DNA from: Podarcis tiliguerta
Lineage: Eukaryota
Length of the DNA stretch: 64,000 nucleotides
NCBI GenBank assembly: GCA_965153285.1
Contig: OZ229120.1
Direction: 5' to 3' (one strand)
Part shown: piece after piece, positions 12,819 through 25,416 of the stretch
Position numbering within the stretch: position 1 is the first letter of the stretch
Layout: every line of letters starts with the position of its first letter
Position numbers and translations under genes: made by a program
Notes under the pieces: model-generated
Database searches by the model: none
What the model saw: only the letters and a program-made list of their open reading frames with translations
Told to the model about the DNA's origin: nothing

Positions 12819-14668
12819 CTTTAGGGAAACAAAAGAAGAAGAAAACATTTAGTACGGTATATATTTATTGGTGCAGATGTATCTTCCTCTAAAGAGCACA
12901 GGGCAGGATGCATTCATAGGAGTCCCAAGTAGCGTTTGTCCCATGGCCCAATCCAGACACCCCAACCATTTCCTGGGCTCTATTAAAATGCTCTCCCTTC
13001 AGGAATGCCCTAATCATGCCAGGAGCCTCTTTTGAGTCAACTGTTCAAAAAGAACAAACATGCAATTGAACAGGAATAAAACATGCACAACACTTCAGCA
13101 CTCCTGAACATTATTCAGGTAATATTGTGATGGATAGTTTTATTAAAATGGCAACACCAATGTAAATATACTTGATGAGATCATCGATACTACTTCACCA
13201 AACCTTTATTAGGCATTGTAAATAAAACATGCATATATAAAATTTTAAAATATATACAAATAAAATTTTGTGATAACAAGGGTTTTCATTGGAGTTTCTT
13301 CCCGCTAAATAGTGTCATTCACCGCTATAAGGGATACTATTCATAAAAACTCAGCTACCCTTGCAGTTACTTCCAGGTCATGTCAGACAAATAGAATTTG
13401 ATATTTTCATTGTGCCATGATATTAGGCTACCCAGAAAAGGGTGCACACGTTTTCATAGCTGGTTGTACAATGGACAAAAGAATATGTTCTACTGTGTCT
13501 GGCACATTCAAAAAACATCCACAATGTCTATCGTTTCTGGGAATGTATAAATATCTGCCCTTGACAAAAGGTGAGGGGGAAATGTTCCGTTGGGCCATGC
13601 GTTGGACTGGAATTATTAATTTTGAAATATAGGTGACCCTTTATCTGTTGGATTTAAACCATAAATCTTGGGGGAGCAAATTTTATTTACAGCTGACTTG
13701 ATGTCTTGTTTTTCAATGTCCATTAATCTTGATTGAATATTATGATATATTGCTCACTGGAATTATACAAGGGTTCCAAGTCAATACCAATAGATCTGAT
13801 TTTGCAATGTAAGAGTTGGAACCCTCTGAATTTATAAAAGTCCTTAAGTAAGTCAGAGAGCAGACTCAAAGGTTGGCAACAGAAATGCCAATGCATATTT
13901 TATAGTGCTGGCCCACACCCAATATTCCATCGTGTGTATACCTAGTTCTGCACACATCGTCTCATACTTGACTGAACTTGAGAGCCCCAAGATACGTCTC
14001 AAGAAACTTGAGTGTATCATATCTAAATCATCGTTATATGCTTGTATCCATATTGGGATCCCAAAAAGTAGCTGGGATGACCCTTTAGCTTGAAAAATAT
14101 GATAGCAGCTGGTCTAAATAGGTTACCTTTCTGAAAATAAAAGTGAGTAACTGCCTGTTTTATAGCACTTGTGTGATGGTTTGACCATCCATTTTGCATG
14201 AGTCACATGACTCATGTGGGGCATGGACGGGAAGATTTGTGTCCCAGTTTTGGGAGTCAACATGTTGGAGGGTATGGTGTTCAACTTTTTATTTTTACAC
14301 ATGTGGTTTGTGTGTGTGGTTTGGTTGTTTCTGGCTATCCCTTTTCACTTCTCCCTATGTTGCTAATGTAAAAGAGGACTTTAAAAAAGAAATAGTGTCC
14401 ACTAGAGAAAAGAGAAGCAATGATAGAATGTTATGTTGAAGGTATGCAGGTACCCAGACAAGGTACTGAGCTCCCCAATTTATAGTGGGGAGAGGTTATG
14501 GCACAAGGCAGTAGAAACAAAGAAAGCAATATATAGGGGAGAGTTAGTGCCTTACTCTTCTGGTAGTCTGAAAGAGTTGTAGTCTTTATTTATGAACTAC
14601 TCCTAGATGTAATGTCATCCAGGATAATCAGTGATCAACAAGAATGGCATGCCCATTCTTTTTAAATA

Positions 14669-15028
14669 CTGTATTGGCCCGAATATAAGCTGCACCTGAA
14701 TACAAGCTGCACCTTTAAAATTGGAGGGGGGGGGGGAGAAAAAAAAGAGAAAAAACCCTGAATATAAGCAGCTCCATTCCTCAGTGCTCCTGGCTGCATA
14801 CCTGGGGGAGGAGAGCTGTGTTGCGTTGTCATCGGCCTTTCCTCTTCCTGGCCTTGGGGGAGAGGGCGGGGGACTACGCACAGGGCAGGTGCCGCTTTGC
14901 CGCACTCCTGGCACTGTTTGCCCAGCGTTCCTGGCTGCATACAGTAAGGTTGCAAATATAAGCCACACTTTAACTTTTCACGATCGGAATTTGGGGGGAA
15001 AGTGAGGCTTATATTCAGACCAATACAG
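14669..15028. mobile_element. Tc1/mariner-superfamily MITE (second family)
   Basis: TIRs CTGTATTGGCCCGAATATAAGC / GCTTATATTCAGACCAATACAG with TA duplicated on both sides. Confidence 0.85.
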
Positions 15029-15317
15029 TATTGCCTGAACTTTACAAAGATGCACAGAGAAAAAATTCATTCACACCCTCCCTACAAAAACCAGTGTCCA
15101 ATTCAATCAATACAAATTTATATGCACTGTCAAAAATGAGAAGCAAGAAGAATCTATACCTTACAACCCTAAAGCAAGTTGTGCTTACGTCCCATTGAGA
15201 TTAATGGGTCTTAATTAGTTACGATTCATCTGTCCTGTTGATTTCAATGGTGCTTAGTGATGACTTTCTTATACTAGGGCCCTAGACCTTTGGTTTGTTT
15301 TCAGTATGACATCTTAT

Positions 15318-15355
15318 CTACCCTACCCTACCCTACCCTACCCTACCCTATCCTA
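15318..15355 (+). repeat. (CTACC)n microsatellite
   Basis: Seen directly. Confidence 0.9.
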
Positions 15356-15944
15356 TATCAATGTGGAATAAAGAACTACAACCAAGTGCAGTCTTATTGC
15401 TGATATTTACCTTGAGAAGTAAACGTTTATTCTGGAGAGCTATTTCCTGAACTAGAGAATGAAACTCAAAACATGCAAAATGCATCTGCTTTTTTGAAGA
15501 AAGCATTTGATATTCAACCTACAAATGCAGGCAAATGGGAAGAGACCTGGATGGAAAAGACTTTGGAAGGAGGACTGGGCAGACTCTAGAAAGACATCAT
15601 TAAAAGTATATGAATGCTGCAAATCATTTTACTTGTGTTCTATAAGTCAATCAGATAGGTTTCATGGACTAACCTGTTTACCATTGCAACCTGATGTTTA
15701 TGTGGGCAGCACAGAATAGTGCACCACTTTAAAATGTGAATTATTTAAAAGTGTACCATTGCATTTTTTAAAAATAATGAGTTATTTTCTAGCAGCACTA
15801 GAAAAAGCTAGCTAGACAAACCATGTAAGTATATGGATTTGGAACAGACCACCTGGAGTTTACCCAGTTCTTCAGCGTCTCTTACACTGCATCATCATGA
15901 AATAAAATGGAAATATAATGCCATAATTAATTGTAAATTCTTAC

Positions 15945-15992
15945 TCCTGCTGGACTGAAGTTATTTCTGGCTCATTGGAAAGACAGCTTGCT
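15945..15992 (-). CDS. PRUNE2: PRUNE2 48-bp exon (ASCLSNEPEITSVQQ)
   Basis: cttgtcttcag| acceptor and |GTAAGA donor; similar to mammalian TSCLYNDPEMSSMEK. Confidence 0.92.
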
Positions 15993-16417
15993 CTGAAGAC
16001 AAGTGGAAATGAACAGTAGTAAAAACACACACACAACCTTCTTTTTAGACAGTTAGGGAAGTAATTCATTTATTTTAAACGTAAGAAATATATTGAGGCG
16101 AGGCATACAGTTTTGTGGGCCAAGTTCACTTCCTCAGATGCATGAAGTGATTATAGAGGCAAAAATAATTGCCCTCCCTGCTGATCCCACAAAACTCTAT
16201 GCCATAATAAACCTGATTGTCTTTAAGATGCCAGAAGACACTTTTTTCGTTGAAACAGACTAACATGGCTATCCCATTGGAATCAGCCACTTTAAAAAGT
16301 CTTAAGGGTAGGCAAGGTTAAATACATTAACAACTTATTCCTATAGACAGTTGCCTGGAAGTAGTAGTAGTAGTAGTAGTAACAACAACTACTACTACTA
16401 CTACTTATGGTTATACC

Positions 16418-16552
16418 CAGGTCTTTTTTCAGCCGGAACTCACTGGAATTCAGTTCGTGCCCCTCTCAGGTGGGTGCCATTGCCATTATAAGAGAACAAA
16501 GGAGGTATTCATGGTGAGTTCTGGCACCTCTTTTTCTAAAAAAATAGCACTG
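16418..16552. mobile_element. Short hAT-like MITE
   Basis: Termini CAGGTCTTTTTT / AAAAATAGCACTG resemble those of the element at 43292-43463. Confidence 0.5.
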
Positions 16553-16660
16553 GTTGATATTTTATTGTGCTTTTAATACTTTGTTGGGAGCCGCCTAGAG
16601 TGGCTAGGGCAACCCAGTCAGATGGGTGGTATCTAATTAATAAAGTTGTTGTTGTTGTTA
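16553..16660 (+). mobile_element. L2 LINE extreme 3' end
   Basis: Matches the L2 3' UTR at 26310-26395 (ggaagccgcccagagtggctggg...cagatggg). Confidence 0.75.
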
Positions 16661-16664
16661 TAAC

Positions 16665-16943
16665 ACTGATTATACCCTGCCTATCTGGCCGGGCCTCCCC
16701 AGCCACTCTGGGTGGCTCCCAACAGAATATTAAAAACATGATAAAACATCAAAAATTAAAAACTTCCCATAAAACATAATGAAACATTTAAAACGTCCCA
16801 ATACAGGGCTGCCTTCAGATGTCTTCTATTAGTCATATAATTGTTTATTTCTTTGACATCTGATGGAAGGGCGGTCACCACTACTGAGAAGGCCATCTGC
16901 CTGGTTTCCTGTAACTTCAAATAATAATATAAATAAATAATAA

Positions 16944-16987
<44 letters not shown>

Positions 16988-17950
16988 CTTATGGCAGTGA
17001 GGGAACTGCCAGAAGGCCCTCTGAGCCAGATCTCAGTGTCCAGGCTGAAAGATGGGGGTGGAGACACTCCTTCAGGTACACAGGGCCAATGCCATTTATC
17101 ATAGAATCATAGAATTGTAGAGTTGAAAGGGATCCCAAGGGCCATCTAGTCCAACTCCCTGCAATACAGGAATCTCAACTGAAGCATCCATGACAGATGA
17201 CCACCCAACCCCTGCTTAAAAACCTCCAGTGAAGGAGACTCCACAACCTCCCAAGGAAGACCATCCCACTGTTGAACAGCTCTTACTGTCAGAAAGGTCT
17301 TCCTGGTGTTTAGTCAGAATCTCCTTTCCTGTCACCTGAAACCATTGGTTTGAGTCCTACCCCCCAGAGCAGGAGAAAACAGGCTGGTTCCCTCTTCCAC
17401 ATGACAGCCCTTGAGATATTTGAAGATGGCTATCATAGCTCCACTTAGTCTTCTCCTTTCCAGGGTAAACATACCCAGCTCCTTCAACCATTCCCCATAA
17501 GACTTGGTTTCCAGACCCTTGACCATCATTTAGGGCTTTAAAGTTCAGCACCAGCACTTTGAATTGTGCTTGGAAACATACCAGAAGCCAATGTAGATAT
17601 TTCAGGACCGGTGTTATATGGTCCTGGCAGCCATTCCCAGTCACCAGTCTAGCTGCTGCATTCTGGATTAGTTGTCGTTTCTGAGTTACCTTCAAAGGTA
17701 GCCCCATGTAGAGCACATTGCTGTAGTTGAAGTGGGAGATAACCAGAGCATGTACCACTCTAGCGAGACAGGGCCCAGGCAGGTAGGGTTTCAGGCAGCA
17801 TACCAGATGGAGCTGGTAGACAGTTGCCCTGGATACAGAGTTAACCTGCACCTCCATGCAGAACTGTGAGCCCAAAATAGCCCCCAGGCTGTGCACTTGG
17901 CCCTTTATGGGCAGAGTTACCCCATTCAGGACCAGGGAGTCCCCCACATG
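16665..17950 (-). mobile_element. 5'-truncated L2 LINE interrupted by two insertions
   Basis: ORF 17357..17947 is homologous to the L2 ORF at 25560 (KLQLIQNAAARLVTG, LHWLPV). Its 3' UTR is at 16665-16800. Confidence 0.9.
17099..17526 (-). mobile_element. CR1 LINE 3' fragment nested in L2
   Basis: (ATTCTATG)n-type tail; MVKGLETKSY...LKGCH peptide; CATTTA on both sides (17093-17098, 17527-17532). Confidence 0.9.
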
Positions 17951-18944
17951 GGAGTAAGCTGAATTCTATTCGCTTAGCTCTGGATAAGCATGCATAAAAA
18001 AGGGTATGTGCTACATCCAAAAAGTTTCTATTCACTAAAATATTACGCTTCCCTCTATAAATCTCAGGTGCTGATGTACCAATATTAGCCACCCCGGCCG
18101 GATGTGGTAAAGCAGCATCAACAATATAGGAGGTGGCTGCGTGCCACTGTAAATGCATCCAACCACCATGGAGCCAGCTTTGTTGATGTAATGCAGGAAA
18201 CTTCATAGGTAATCATCATGAATGGTGCTGGGGTTACATTGTATAAACAGGATTGCAGATTGGCTTCGCTCCAGTTCTAAGCACCATTCAAAGTGACTAC
18301 AAGCTTTAGAACTTAGCGGTAGAGCTCAAAATTGTGTAATAAAGTAATCTTCTGGCCGCTTATGCTTTTGGAAAGGTAGACTTTGATCCGCACAGCTTCT
18401 GTAACAGCATCATTAGCTACCCGCAAAGAAACAAAGGCTTCTAAAGCTCATGCAATAGTTGTGACAGCCAAAGCATAGCCAAACCACTTCCTCTAACATA
18501 AGAGTTGTCAGGGTTGTTACCAGCATCAAATCTAATGATCTGTGGCTTTGTGACAAGAAATGCTATGCTATATTCTCTTAACCACAAGATGGCTACCTAT
18601 GACAAACGACAGGCCTGGAGGTCAGTGAGAATGCACTCTTTAGATAATTCCCAATGATCTTCAGCTGGCTCAGTCTGATTTAGAGTTTGTGAACAGGAGC
18701 AACTGGTTTCCTACAAAGTATTTATTTTCAAGCAATTTGCCAGATATTATATTAGAGGCCTGCATAGCTAAGTAAATAAGTATAAACATGTGTGTGTGCG
18801 TGTGCGTGTTTCACAAAGGTCAACAAGGAATCCAAGTAAAAATAACAGTTTATTTAAGGAACATTTTCCAAGCTATCAGCACAGCGAATCTGATTAAGAG
18901 GTATGTTTCACTCAAATCAATGGGACCTATTTTTATCAAGTATT

Positions 18945-19076
18945 TCTCCAATCTGGTACTCTCCAGGTGTTTGGGGTGAGAACTCCTATCAGCCCCAGCC
19001 AGCCTGGCCAGTGGTTAGGGATGATGGAAGTTGTAGTCCCAAGCATCTGGAGGACACTCAGTTGGAGAAAGCTGGC
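18945..19076. mobile_element. Short palindromic non-autonomous DNA-transposon-like repeat
   Basis: Core aactcc(c)atca...gatgggagttgtagtcc. Diverged copies at about 390-490, 2200-2320, 2600-2720, 34170-34305 and 51965-52060. Confidence 0.55.
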
Positions 19077-19266
19077 TTAGGATATGAAGTGTGGCTGTGA
19101 TTTTTGAATGAGCTTAGTGATAAGTGCATAGAGGTCAATGGTACACACCAACCTTGGAATAAATCCCATTGAACTCAATGGGATTATTACTGAGTAGGCA
19201 TGTACAAAATAGCACTGTTTCCTTGAAATAGATATAATGCCACTGATTACCAGAATGCTGTCTTAC

Positions 19267-19299
19267 TTTGCTGATGCTTCCCTCAGCTCTTCATCCAGT
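19267..19299 (-). CDS. PRUNE2: PRUNE2 33-bp exon (LDEELREASAK)
   Basis: cag| acceptor and |GTAAGA donor; LDEELREAS matches PRUNE2. Confidence 0.93.
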
Positions 19300-19809
19300 C
19301 TGCATGAATAAAAGTTACAGATGTTTCCAGAGCAGGGGCAGGGGGGGGGGAGGAGAAGAAGAAGCGAGCAGAGCATAAGACAGAAGCAGGCCAAAAGCAG
19401 AGCAAAGATCAAGCAAGGTACATGCTTTTTTAAAATTCAGCCCCAGATATAGATCTTCAGTTCCCTATGGTGTCATTGACCTATCAGTTTCATGTTTCAT
19501 ATATTTAGTTACTCTGGAAGTGGGCGCATAAAGGTAGCAGAGCATGGGTGTCTGTGGCATGCATTGCTGTACAAAGACGGCAACGGTGCTGTAACTAACG
19601 AGATTTAAGTTAGCAGCTGCAGGCAAAGTCACCTATTTTTCCAGTTTAGCATTCTTTAGTTAGAAACAAGGCCGAACTCAATGGAACTCATCAACAGAGT
19701 TCCATTATACAGAGCTATGGGAGTTCTTTTGTGCCTGTAATAGTCAGCCCATCGCACTTCCTCACAGTCAGAAACATCAAAACAAGCTGCAGCAGAGCAA
19801 GAGTGTTAC

Positions 19810-19845
19810 CTTACTCTTCTCTGAAAGGACCTGTCTTCTTCATAC
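19810..19845 (-). CDS. PRUNE2: PRUNE2 36-bp exon, probably a cassette exon (YEEDRSFQRRVR)
   Basis: AAG| acceptor and AAG|GTAACA donor; frame-preserving phase 2-2. Resembles a mammalian alternative exon I recall as YDEERSYKRSVR. Confidence 0.75.
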
Positions 19846-22231
19846 CTTTCAAGATAAAAGTGGGTGAAGGACAAAAACATAGGTCAAATGATATGCAATT
19901 GCCGCCTTTATGCCAAGTATTTCACCTCTATATTTAAATGAACAAGGAACCTATTATTAATACATCAGCTAGCTTAAATGTAGAGTTATGGGAGATAACC
20001 TGCTGTAAGAAGGAAATGGCATCGAATGCCTTCTTTTCCCCACAACAGCTTTGCAAACCAAAGAGAGAATCCCAAGATACCATTAATATTCCAATAATGA
20101 TTTTGTGTCTTTGAAAATCTCTTCTGGATTATAACTTCAGGCAGCAGTAGAAAAAATGCTTCTTGGACCAACAGGGAAGCAGAAGCTGGGTTTTGTACCT
20201 GCTGCTGATGTGAGTGCAGATGGTATCAAAATGTGGACTTGCATCCACACAGTTATGCTCATTTGGACCTTATTCAATTGGCTGGAGGCTCCGTATGTTC
20301 ACATCCAGAGCCACTATGCACACAGAAATGGGTATGTTATTCCAGCTTTTTGGAGCGAGAACAAGAAGTTATGGTTATTTCAACACCTGATATGGTTGTC
20401 CAAGGATTTGTCAAACAGAGGAAATGCCACACTTCCAGAATCTTTATCTGTTCAGAAATAAGGCACCAGATGTAGATATTTTAATGTATGATAGTGGGTC
20501 CATATGCCTTTCTACCTTGGATCCACCTCCCTTTTAATGCCTATGGGATAGCACCTCAGTAGAGCCCAGTTTTCATTGTTTACATTGATGATCTTTAGAT
20601 GAAATGTAAACATGTCCATGTATCATCCGATCATGTTTCCTTGGGCTTTACCCAACATCTTTTATTATGATGTTCTAAACCTTAATCAGGGGATTTCAAC
20701 TCTTTAGTATCTGCAGTGATGGGTACATTTTAAATATATGTCATCTGTTTAAAAACCTGACATCTTAGTTACCTGTCAGGTGATAGGGAAAGGAGAAGGG
20801 AGGCTGATTGCAACATGCCAAATCTAGGTCTTCCACATGGTACAACATAGCTATTATTTATAAAGAAGAGGACTTTTCAATGAGAGAAATATGTACAGTA
20901 GGAAAATAAACAAAGAAACCAAAGAGATAAGAACCTTGGAAGTATTATGATTTTAAATTTCCTCAGACTAACAATTTGCTATCTTCAAAATTTTCAATCT
21001 GATTTATCTATTAATGGAATACCCTAATTTGTGATATTCATGCTATCTCTGGTTATCATCACCTTTCAACTTTATTATTTCCCAACAATTAGCAAGATAA
21101 TATTTTCAGAACAGAACTTCCTTATTTTCCACCGTATTTCTCAGAACTTATATTCAAAATCTGAAGTCTCCACATATTTCAAGCTAATTATGAGCTCTCC
21201 TAGCTTCTTTTATAAAAAAATATGTCAATCAAGACAATATAGATATATATATAAATGTTATTATGTAAATGCAAAGCATGATTATTACTAGTAGTAATAA
21301 TCCTGAGACACAGAATGCGGGAGTGACAGAGAGTGAAAAATGGTTGCTTGCCTAAGGCCACCTAATTAATTATATGGCAGGGGTGAGATCTAAATCAGGG
21401 ACTTCCATCTTTACAGCCCAGTATCTTAGATTCTGTGCAAAATCAGTTCTAATAAAATAATGTAAGAGGTGATGCCCCCATTTGCACACAATTTTAATCT
21501 ACAACAAAGTTCATTTACCCTGTTCATATCTTCATGCTTTAGAGCTAACTACATGTTACACTGTTCACACTTGCGGGGAAACACACTCATAAACTGACCA
21601 CATGTATTTTAGAGAAAAAGCTGTTGTGGAGCTGCCAATCTGGACTGAGGCCCTGAGCCTGACTGCACCTTTGGATCAGAATGGGGAGCGTGTTGCAGAC
21701 TAGGTACCCATGGAGGTGCGGCAGGCAGAGGGAGAGAGAGAGAGAAAGAGTCGATGGCAGAGGAACTCTCTCTGAACCCTTTGGGTCTTGCACCAGCAAG
21801 GGCAGACAAACAGGGGAAGCTTTATTTCCCCCTCTGTTGTTTTGAACAATCCCCCTTCCATTGGTTTCAGTGGGAGTGAAAATAACTATGGCAGCAGCTC
21901 CAGGGCTGGTGTAGTTTGTCTCACTTGTATGGGTTTGTGTGTGGGAGTATGTCAGGGCAACAGGGAGGGCCTTGGGTCTTTGGTCCAAAGTCTTCCTCGC
22001 CTACCTTTTTCCAGCCAATTCCACCAGAGTGATGGCGGTTGATCTTTCTGCTGCTGTAACAAAGACGTCTCTGTGGATCCACCTCCTTCTCCACCCCCAG
22101 AGGGGCGACTGGATACAGCAGCCCCTCAGCCTACCTTCCTGGGAGCATAGGATTGCTCCCTAAAATAGCAATTATTTAGTTTCATAAAGGTAACATTTCT
22201 AATTATTATTCTCTTAATGTTTTTCACTTAC

Positions 22232-22330
22232 TTGACAATACTTTCAGGGATATTTACATATTCCATTGGAATTAGTTCACTGAGCTCTGCCAAAGTGCTC
22301 ACATATTTTATCTTACTGCTGAATTTTGAG
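22232..22330 (-). CDS. PRUNE2: PRUNE2 99-bp BCH exon
   Basis: SKFSSKIKYVSTLAELSELIPMEYVNIPESIV; ttttcag| acceptor and |GTAAGT donor, phase 2-2. Confidence 0.97.
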
Positions 22331-23174
22331 CTGAAAACACAAAAGTACCATTAATTAAATAAATAAGATACATTCACAAATATGCAAGGTACCGAGTGCC
22401 ATGATAGTTTTCCATGTTCAATAACAAAAAGCTGAATCAATCACTTTTAAGTTTCACATGTGAACACTCCTGCACTGTATCTTCAGTATATACTTAGTGT
22501 TTTTACAGGAGCATCATGGAGATTAGGAGCCCACACATGAGCATTGCAATGTGGGTTGACATGGCTACCCTCATTTTGTAGAAGGGGAAGGATGAGGTTA
22601 AATGGTAATGATTCACCTGAGGGGTGGGGAGCCTTTTTGGCCTAGGACCACCCACTTGTAAAAGTTGACCCACAAGGGTGGAGGGAGGGTTCTGCTTTGC
22701 CAGCACATTCCCCACAGGGAACACACTGCAGGATTTAACCCTATGCTAATCAGTTGATGAGTGGGAGATTAAATTGTGATGCTTTGGCTATGCACCAGTT
22801 TCCTGTGAGTGACTGCTGGATGCACCTAATGCAGAACAGAACCCCATCAGCTGATGTCTCCAGCTGGCCTTAGTTTTGGAGGGAATGACCTCTCAGGCCA
22901 AACTGGACACCCTGTCTTAAATCAACTACTAATCTCATTGCTGAGATAATATTAGGATAAGGACTCCTTGGCTCACAGCTCACACTTTTTACCAGCATAC
23001 CATCAGCTTTCACACAGTAACAGTTTCTCTTGGAGGTATTTTGAATAAACCATTTGATGGCTTCCCTCATAACATTTTTCTTGCCCATTTCTCTTCCTCT
23101 GTTAACAAAAACAGCTTTAGAAGATCCTCTGACCAGGCACCATCTCAGCACTTTTAAGAGTTTGGAACTATTAC

Positions 23175-23261
23175 CTTATAAAAGGCCGTGTCACTGCTAA
23201 AATTGTTCTGATAAACCAAGAGGGGTGAACAATGATGAAGGATTTCAAGTTCTTCCTTAAC
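23175..23261 (-). CDS. PRUNE2: PRUNE2 87-bp BCH exon
   Basis: [28 protein letters not shown]; AG/GT boundaries, phase 2-2. Confidence 0.97.
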
Positions 23262-23517
23262 CTGTATTTGAAAAGAAACACATTTAAGCCTTCAAAGCAA
23301 TATATATTGCCCAAGAAAAATCTTGGTCATGTGCATCTTCTGCCCTAGTCAGGATTCATCCACACCAAATGCCCTTTTCCTCTAGCGTTTGGTGGGAAGT
23401 GTGAAACTAGTTCCTGCATATATTAGTATATTGAAGGAGAAATGGGGAGAGGGCTTTCAAATAATAGGTATGGCAAGCCAGACACAAGAGATAGAAAGCA
23501 AGTCATGAGCTACAGAC

Positions 23518-23649
23518 CGCCTGTCAATCATCTGGTAACATCTTTTCATCCATCCCAGTCCTGGCATCTTTCTCCTGGGTGTGGCTCCATTCAAGTAAAC
23601 AATCATATAGTCTTCAGCAACCATGAGCTCCAAGGTACTTATTACGTAT
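23518..23649 (-). CDS. PRUNE2: PRUNE2 132-bp BCH exon
   Basis: [43 protein letters not shown]; AG/GT boundaries, phase 2-2. Confidence 0.97.
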
Positions 23650-25071
23650 CTGAATGGAAACAGAGAGAGAAAATGAGTGAGGAGAGGGGGACAATGAATA
23701 ATTTGTTCAAAACCTATTCTTTGCTCTTCAAAAGAGTACAATCTTGTGATATAAGCAACGGCTAAAGTTTTCATAAATTTCACTATTAACTAATAGGGCT
23801 CCTGTAGTCAGTGGCAGACTTGGGCTGGATCTACATTTGTCTTCTAAACATTTTTTAAACTAACGTTCCATAGTGCTTAACAGCAGTTTCCCATTGCCGG
23901 TGGCTTCATCTGCTGTCACATTTTAATAACACATTTTTAATGTAATAAACGACAAGTGTAGATCTGCCCTTGGGCTTTCATATTTCAGCAGCCCCCCCCC
24001 TTCCATTCTAAATCATTGTTGCAGCGCCCCCTGCAGCCTACATTCAAGTCAGTGTCCAGTATGGGTGAACTGGTCATGCTACCCTAAATCCGCTTCTGCA
24101 GTATCATATGTACCAATCCAACCCCACATGTGCTACATTTATATGCTAAATAACTACACATGTGGCACATGTCAAAATTGACACAGATACCCTCTAGGTG
24201 TGTGGGATATTTAACCAAGAGGGCCATACTAATTTTATTTTTTAGAATAGTGGGAGCTCAAACAAACAGCAGGGAAATGTCTACACCTGGTTCCATTGCG
24301 AGGAAAGTCAGAAAATAAGAGTAGAAACCCCAGGACACAATGAGTGGCAGGGCTTTAGTCTGGAAATTCAACCAGAAGACTTGCCTCATCCTTAATCCAC
24401 AATATGGTCAACATTTGAGACTGAAGTTTTATTATTTCAGCCCACAGTAGTAGATAATTATTTCAGCACTGGCAGGTTAAATGGAGATCAAGGAAGCCAT
24501 TCCTTATTTGAACCAGAGAATGGCTGAATTCATACTTAAGAATAGATGACATAGGAGTCACTTTCCCATAGCTCCTCCACTTATGATAAGTTTGATGCAG
24601 GAAGGAATTTTAGTGAGTGGGACTGAGTTGCATTGGGGGGGGGGCAATCTCATAAGCCCCATTTCCAATTTAGCTAGCATGCCTCTTCTGATATGATTCT
24701 CCTCATTCCTCCTTTCCTCTACTGTCTAAGTGGAATAGGAAAAAGTCACGAGAAGCAGCCTCCATGTCAATATATGGGATTAAGTACCAGGGTCAAAGCA
24801 TTCACTGGCTTTGTGTATGAGCTGTCATGTATGAAACATTCAGTTAGGATAAATTCCATCACCAGTAGTGAAGCAAGAGAAAAGAGTTATTATTATGGGT
24901 CTTGGTCTGTCATCTCTGGGTGATTCTAACTCAAAATAGCATAGACATATTACAAACCTTGGAGAATAGCAGGAAGGAGGCATACAGATCCATGTGCTCT
25001 AATTCTTTTTTTTCTTCTTTTTCGTTTTGCTTTCTGTGCACTAAACAAACGTCTTTCACAGAGAAGCATTA

Positions 25072-25330
25072 CCGTATTTTTTGCTCTATAAGACTCACTT
25101 TTTCCCTCCTAAAAAGTAAGGGGAAATGTGTGTGCGTCTTATGGAGCGAATGCAGGCTGCGCAGCTATCCCAGAAGCCAGAACAGCAAGTGGGATTGTTG
25201 CTTTCACTGCACAGTGATCCCTCTTGCTGTTCTGGCTTCTGAGATTTAGAATATTTTTTTTCTTGTTTTCCTCCTCCAAAAACTAGGTGCGTCTTGTGGT
25301 CTGGTGCGTCTTATAGAGCGAAAAATACGG
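25072..25330. mobile_element. Tc2/pogo-like MITE
   Basis: TIRs CCGTATTTTTTGCTCTATAAGAC / GTCTTATAGAGCGAAAAATACGG with TA duplication; same family as 6011 and 53985. Confidence 0.9.
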
Positions 25331-25416
25331 TAAATGGCAAAGGAACACACATTTCTGATGCATTTAGGTCTCTTTTAAACCTTCAGCTTATCTCTCAAAT
25401 AAGATTGTTATCTATC

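Noticed and set aside
10786-14130. Other candidate terminal exons (acceptors near 14130, 13427, 12405, 12068 and 10807)
   Set aside because: Their peptides fit PRUNE2 less well than EIDMTVKGNP* at 12788-12818, which also has the best pyrimidine tract.
21587-22160. GC-rich block with overlapping ORFs and an acceptor-like site at 22160
   Set aside because: It ends in the ataggattgc repeat terminus, encodes no recognisable protein, and the spliced frame stops after about 11 codons. Likely repeat-derived.
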